This document shows, piece by piece, positions 29,944 through 32,000 of a stretch of 32,000 nucleotides of DNA. Numbering within the stretch: the first letter of the stretch is position 1; every line of letters starts with the position of its first letter. Position numbers and translations under genes: made by a program. Source of the DNA: Geobacter metallireducens GS-15 (GTDB taxonomy: Bacteria > Desulfobacterota > Desulfuromonadia > Geobacterales > Geobacteraceae); the NCBI RefSeq assembly GCF_000012925.1, contig NC_007517.1:3960001-3992000 (forward strand). Reading direction: 5' to 3'. Below the pieces are notes generated by a model that worked only from the letters and a program-made list of their open reading frames with translations, did no database searches and was not told where the DNA came from.

Positions 29944-29970
29944 AAAAAAAAGAGGCCCGGGGCCTCTTTA
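29944..29970 (-). terminator. rho-independent terminator after the lipoprotein gene
   Basis: Minus strand AAAGAGGCC-CCG-GGCCTCTTTTTTTT. Confidence 0.85.
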
Positions 29971-29990
29971 TGAGCGGCACCTTAGCGCTG

Positions 29991-30731
29991 CTACTTGAAT
30001 TTCAGAACCACGCTGTGGAGCGAGCCGGTGTTCTGGTCCCGGAGCTGCATCCGCAGTTCCCGCGCCGTATCCGCCTCGGCAGGGAAGAAGAGGAAGCCGC
30101 TGGCGATGCTCCCGGCCGGGAGGGTCTTCCCTTCCAGCCCCTTGGCCCGAATGTCGTTGATAATGGATCGCTCCCGTTCCCCCGAGGTTCCCCCCTTGAG
30201 GCCGCCGGCAACGGCACCACCGGCACCACCGATGGCAGCCCCCTTGCCGACCGCCTCGCCGATGCTCTGCCCGGAGACAATGCCAATTGCAGCGCCGAGA
30301 ACGGCACCACCGACGGCGCCAAGAATGGCACCCTTTCCGGTTTCACTTCCGAAGAAGGAGGCGAACTGGGTCGATTTCTCGATCCGGTCCACGGCCACCG
30401 CGTTGGGGACCACCTGGAAGTAGCGGTTCTGGTCGTTCACCAGGAAGGTCTGATTGGAGACAATCTCCATGTTTTTCGCTCCCTGGTTGGTCATGACGAT
30501 CTGAACGGGAATGAGGCCGCTCCCCTTGATGTCGAAGCCGAAGGCGTTCTGGGCGGCCCCGCTGTCGGCGTAGGCCTCGCCGCCGATGGTGACGCCGCTT
30601 ACCACGAGCCGGTTCACGTAGTCCTCGGCGGGCCGGAAACCGACGTACTGGCTCCGGTAGGGGGTGCAGGCCGAGATCAGCATCAGGGGGATAAGCAGGG
30701 TGGCGCCTTTCTTGAGCATGGCATGCTTCAT
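29991..30731 (-). CDS. outer-membrane-type lipoprotein with a central glycine-zipper segment, unknown function
   Basis: About 246 aa from ATG 30731 (after AAGGAG). Lipobox LMLISAC. A central Gly/Ala zipper (GKGAILGAVGGAVLGAAIGIVSGQSIGEAVGKGAAIGGAGGAVAGGLKGG) is flanked by beta-rich segments. Confidence 0.8.
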   Translation of the reverse strand: MKHAMLKKGATLLIPLMLISACTPYRSQYVGFRPAEDYVNRLVVSGVTIGGEAYADSGAAQNAFGFDIKGSGLIPVQIVMTNQGAKNMEIVSNQTFLVNDQNRYFQVVPNAVAVDRIEKSTQFASFFGSETGKGAILGAVGGAVLGAAIGIVSGQSIGEAVGKGAAIGGAGGAVAGGLKGGTSGERERSIINDIRAKGLEGKTLPAGSIASGFLFFPAEADTARELRMQLRDQNTGSLHSVVLKFK

Positions 30732-30947
30732 GGCTTGTTCACTCCTTGGTGATGATGTGAATGGAACTGTGAAAAGATTATCACGCTTCTTTCCCGTGAC
30801 AATCATCATCCGTGGCTCAATGTGCCCAAAAAAGCGGCATCAGATTTTTCGATGTAACGGGTTTTCTCGAGCAGAGACAGGGCACAGGCTCATTTATACC
30901 CCAAAACCGTCCACACGCGAATCTGGTGTCAATAACGCGAAAACAGT

Positions 30948-31610
30948 CTATGACTCGTTTTTTCGTCCCATTACGATGAGGCTTCGCCCGTCACCGGAGA
31001 ACGGCAGAGGGAATTCCAGCACCTGGCGGATCTCCACACCGAGCACCTCCAGGGCGGGGCGGGACGTCTCGGCCTCCTCGCGGCCCCCCTGCCCCTTCAT
31101 GGCGACAATGGCACCGTTTGGCCTCAGGAGGGGCAGCGCCATGCGGACAAAGGTGGGGATGTCGGAGAAGGCCCGGGAAACGATCCAGTCGAAGTGACCG
31201 GCGAACCGCCCGGCCAGTTCCTCGCCCCGGGCATGGATCGACTGAAAGCACGAAAGCCCCAGGAGCCTCCCCATATGGCGCTGGAAGATAATCTTCTTTT
31301 CCACTGCGTCAACTGACACCACTTCGCTCTTCGGATGAAGGATGGCAAAGGGGATGACCGGAAAGCCGCCGCCGGAGCCGAGATCCAAGAGCTTCCCCCC
31401 CTTCCCGACCGCGCGGCAGAGAGAGAGGGAATCCACGAAGTGCTTCAGGGCGATCTCCCGTTCGGTGGTGATGGCGGTCAGGTTGATCTTGCGGTTCCAT
31501 TTCCGAAGCTCAGCGGCAAAGAGAGCAAATTTCCCCACTTGGGCCGACGTGAGTTCCACACCCAGCTGGGCCGCTCCGCGCACCAGGAGGTCCTTGGCTT
31601 CCTGGTCCAT
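30948..31610 (-). CDS. rsmG: 16S rRNA (guanine527-N7)-methyltransferase RsmG (GidB)
   Basis: About 220 aa from ATG 31610 with the SAM motif LLDLGSGGGFPVIP. The start is 1 nt after the mnmG stop. Confidence 0.93.
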   Translation of the reverse strand: MDQEAKDLLVRGAAQLGVELTSAQVGKFALFAAELRKWNRKINLTAITTEREIALKHFVDSLSLCRAVGKGGKLLDLGSGGGFPVIPFAILHPKSEVVSVDAVEKKIIFQRHMGRLLGLSCFQSIHARGEELAGRFAGHFDWIVSRAFSDIPTFVRMALPLLRPNGAIVAMKGQGGREEAETSRPALEVLGVEIRQVLEFPLPFSGDGRSLIVMGRKNES

Positions 31611-31611
31611 G

Positions 31612-32000
31612 CTACCCCCGGGCCTTGAGGGCAAGGGACAGAATCCCCACCGCCGCCGGGGTTACCCCCTGGATGCGGGAGGCCTGCCCCAGGGTGTCGG
31701 GACGGAATTTGGCCAGCTTCTCCCGCACCTCGGCCGAGAGGCCGGGGAGGGCCCCGTAGTCGAAGCCGGCGGGAACACGGGTCCCTTCCAGCTTCCGGGC
31801 CCGCTCCACCTGGTCCAGCTGCCGCTCGATGTACCCCTGGTACTTGATCTGGATCTCCACCTGCTCCCGAACCACCGGCGGCACCTCCGCCGCCCGGGGA
31901 TCGATGCGGCATAATTCCTCGTAGGTTATATCGGGACGCCGCAGGAGCTGCTCATAGGTGAGGGCATTCTGGAGAGCTGTCAGGGAGAACGCGGCCAGGA
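31612..32000 (-). CDS. mnmG: tRNA uridine 5-carboxymethylaminomethyl modification enzyme MnmG (GidA), C-terminal part (5' end beyond window)
   Basis: The frame is open to the window edge. The C-terminal sequence ...IKYQGYIERQ...LSAEVREKLAKFRPDTLGQASRIQGVTPAAVGILSLALK is typical of GidA. Confidence 0.95.
   Translation of the reverse strand, partial: LAAFSLTALQNALTYEQLLRRPDITYEELCRIDPRAAEVPPVVREQVEIQIKYQGYIERQLDQVERARKLEGTRVPAGFDYGALPGLSAEVREKLAKFRPDTLGQASRIQGVTPAAVGILSLALKARG

Noticed and set aside
30664-31197. 177-aa plus-strand ORF bridging the lipoprotein-rsmG spacer.
   Set aside because: It overlaps the lipoprotein start and is antisense to rsmG. It has no RBS or motifs, and its composition is typical of a shadow frame.

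Overview
High-GC bacterial chromosomal window that reads as a conserved housekeeping neighbourhood. Protein sequences and gene order look most like Geobacter/Desulfuromonadales; this is my recognition only, not verified by any search. Order: partial ISL3-family insertion sequence (1-1084, minus), serS (minus), capA-like and thpR (plus), dnaJ-dnaK-grpE-hrcA-hemW (minus, perfect CIRCE operator at 9026-9052). Then C-N hydrolase and tolQ-tolR-tolA-tolB-pal-cpoB (plus), tatA (minus), nadA and a gamma-carbonic-anhydrase-like protein (plus), a pentapeptide-repeat protein (minus), mfd and two parvulin PPIases (plus), a cbpA-like J-protein (minus). Then hemY and a small Lys/Glu-rich secreted protein (plus), followed on the minus strand by def, an ACT-domain protein, a PF04020-like membrane protein, a ybgC-like thioesterase, a Gly-zipper lipoprotein, rsmG and the 3' end of mnmG. 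I saw no rRNA, tRNA, CRISPR array, or recognisable defence, toxin-antitoxin or secondary-metabolite module. Every stretch longer than about 250 nt is explained by a recognisable gene, and the many long extra ORFs in the track are GC-rich shadow frames. I therefore do not find a convincing novel multi-gene system. The best leads are modest: the ISL3 insertion butted against serS; an exact tandem 10-nt repeat abutting the hrcA -35; a GGGGACC heptamer repeat family forming a 15-bp inverted repeat between convergent genes; and a poorly characterised envelope-protein block at 27.4-30.9 kb.
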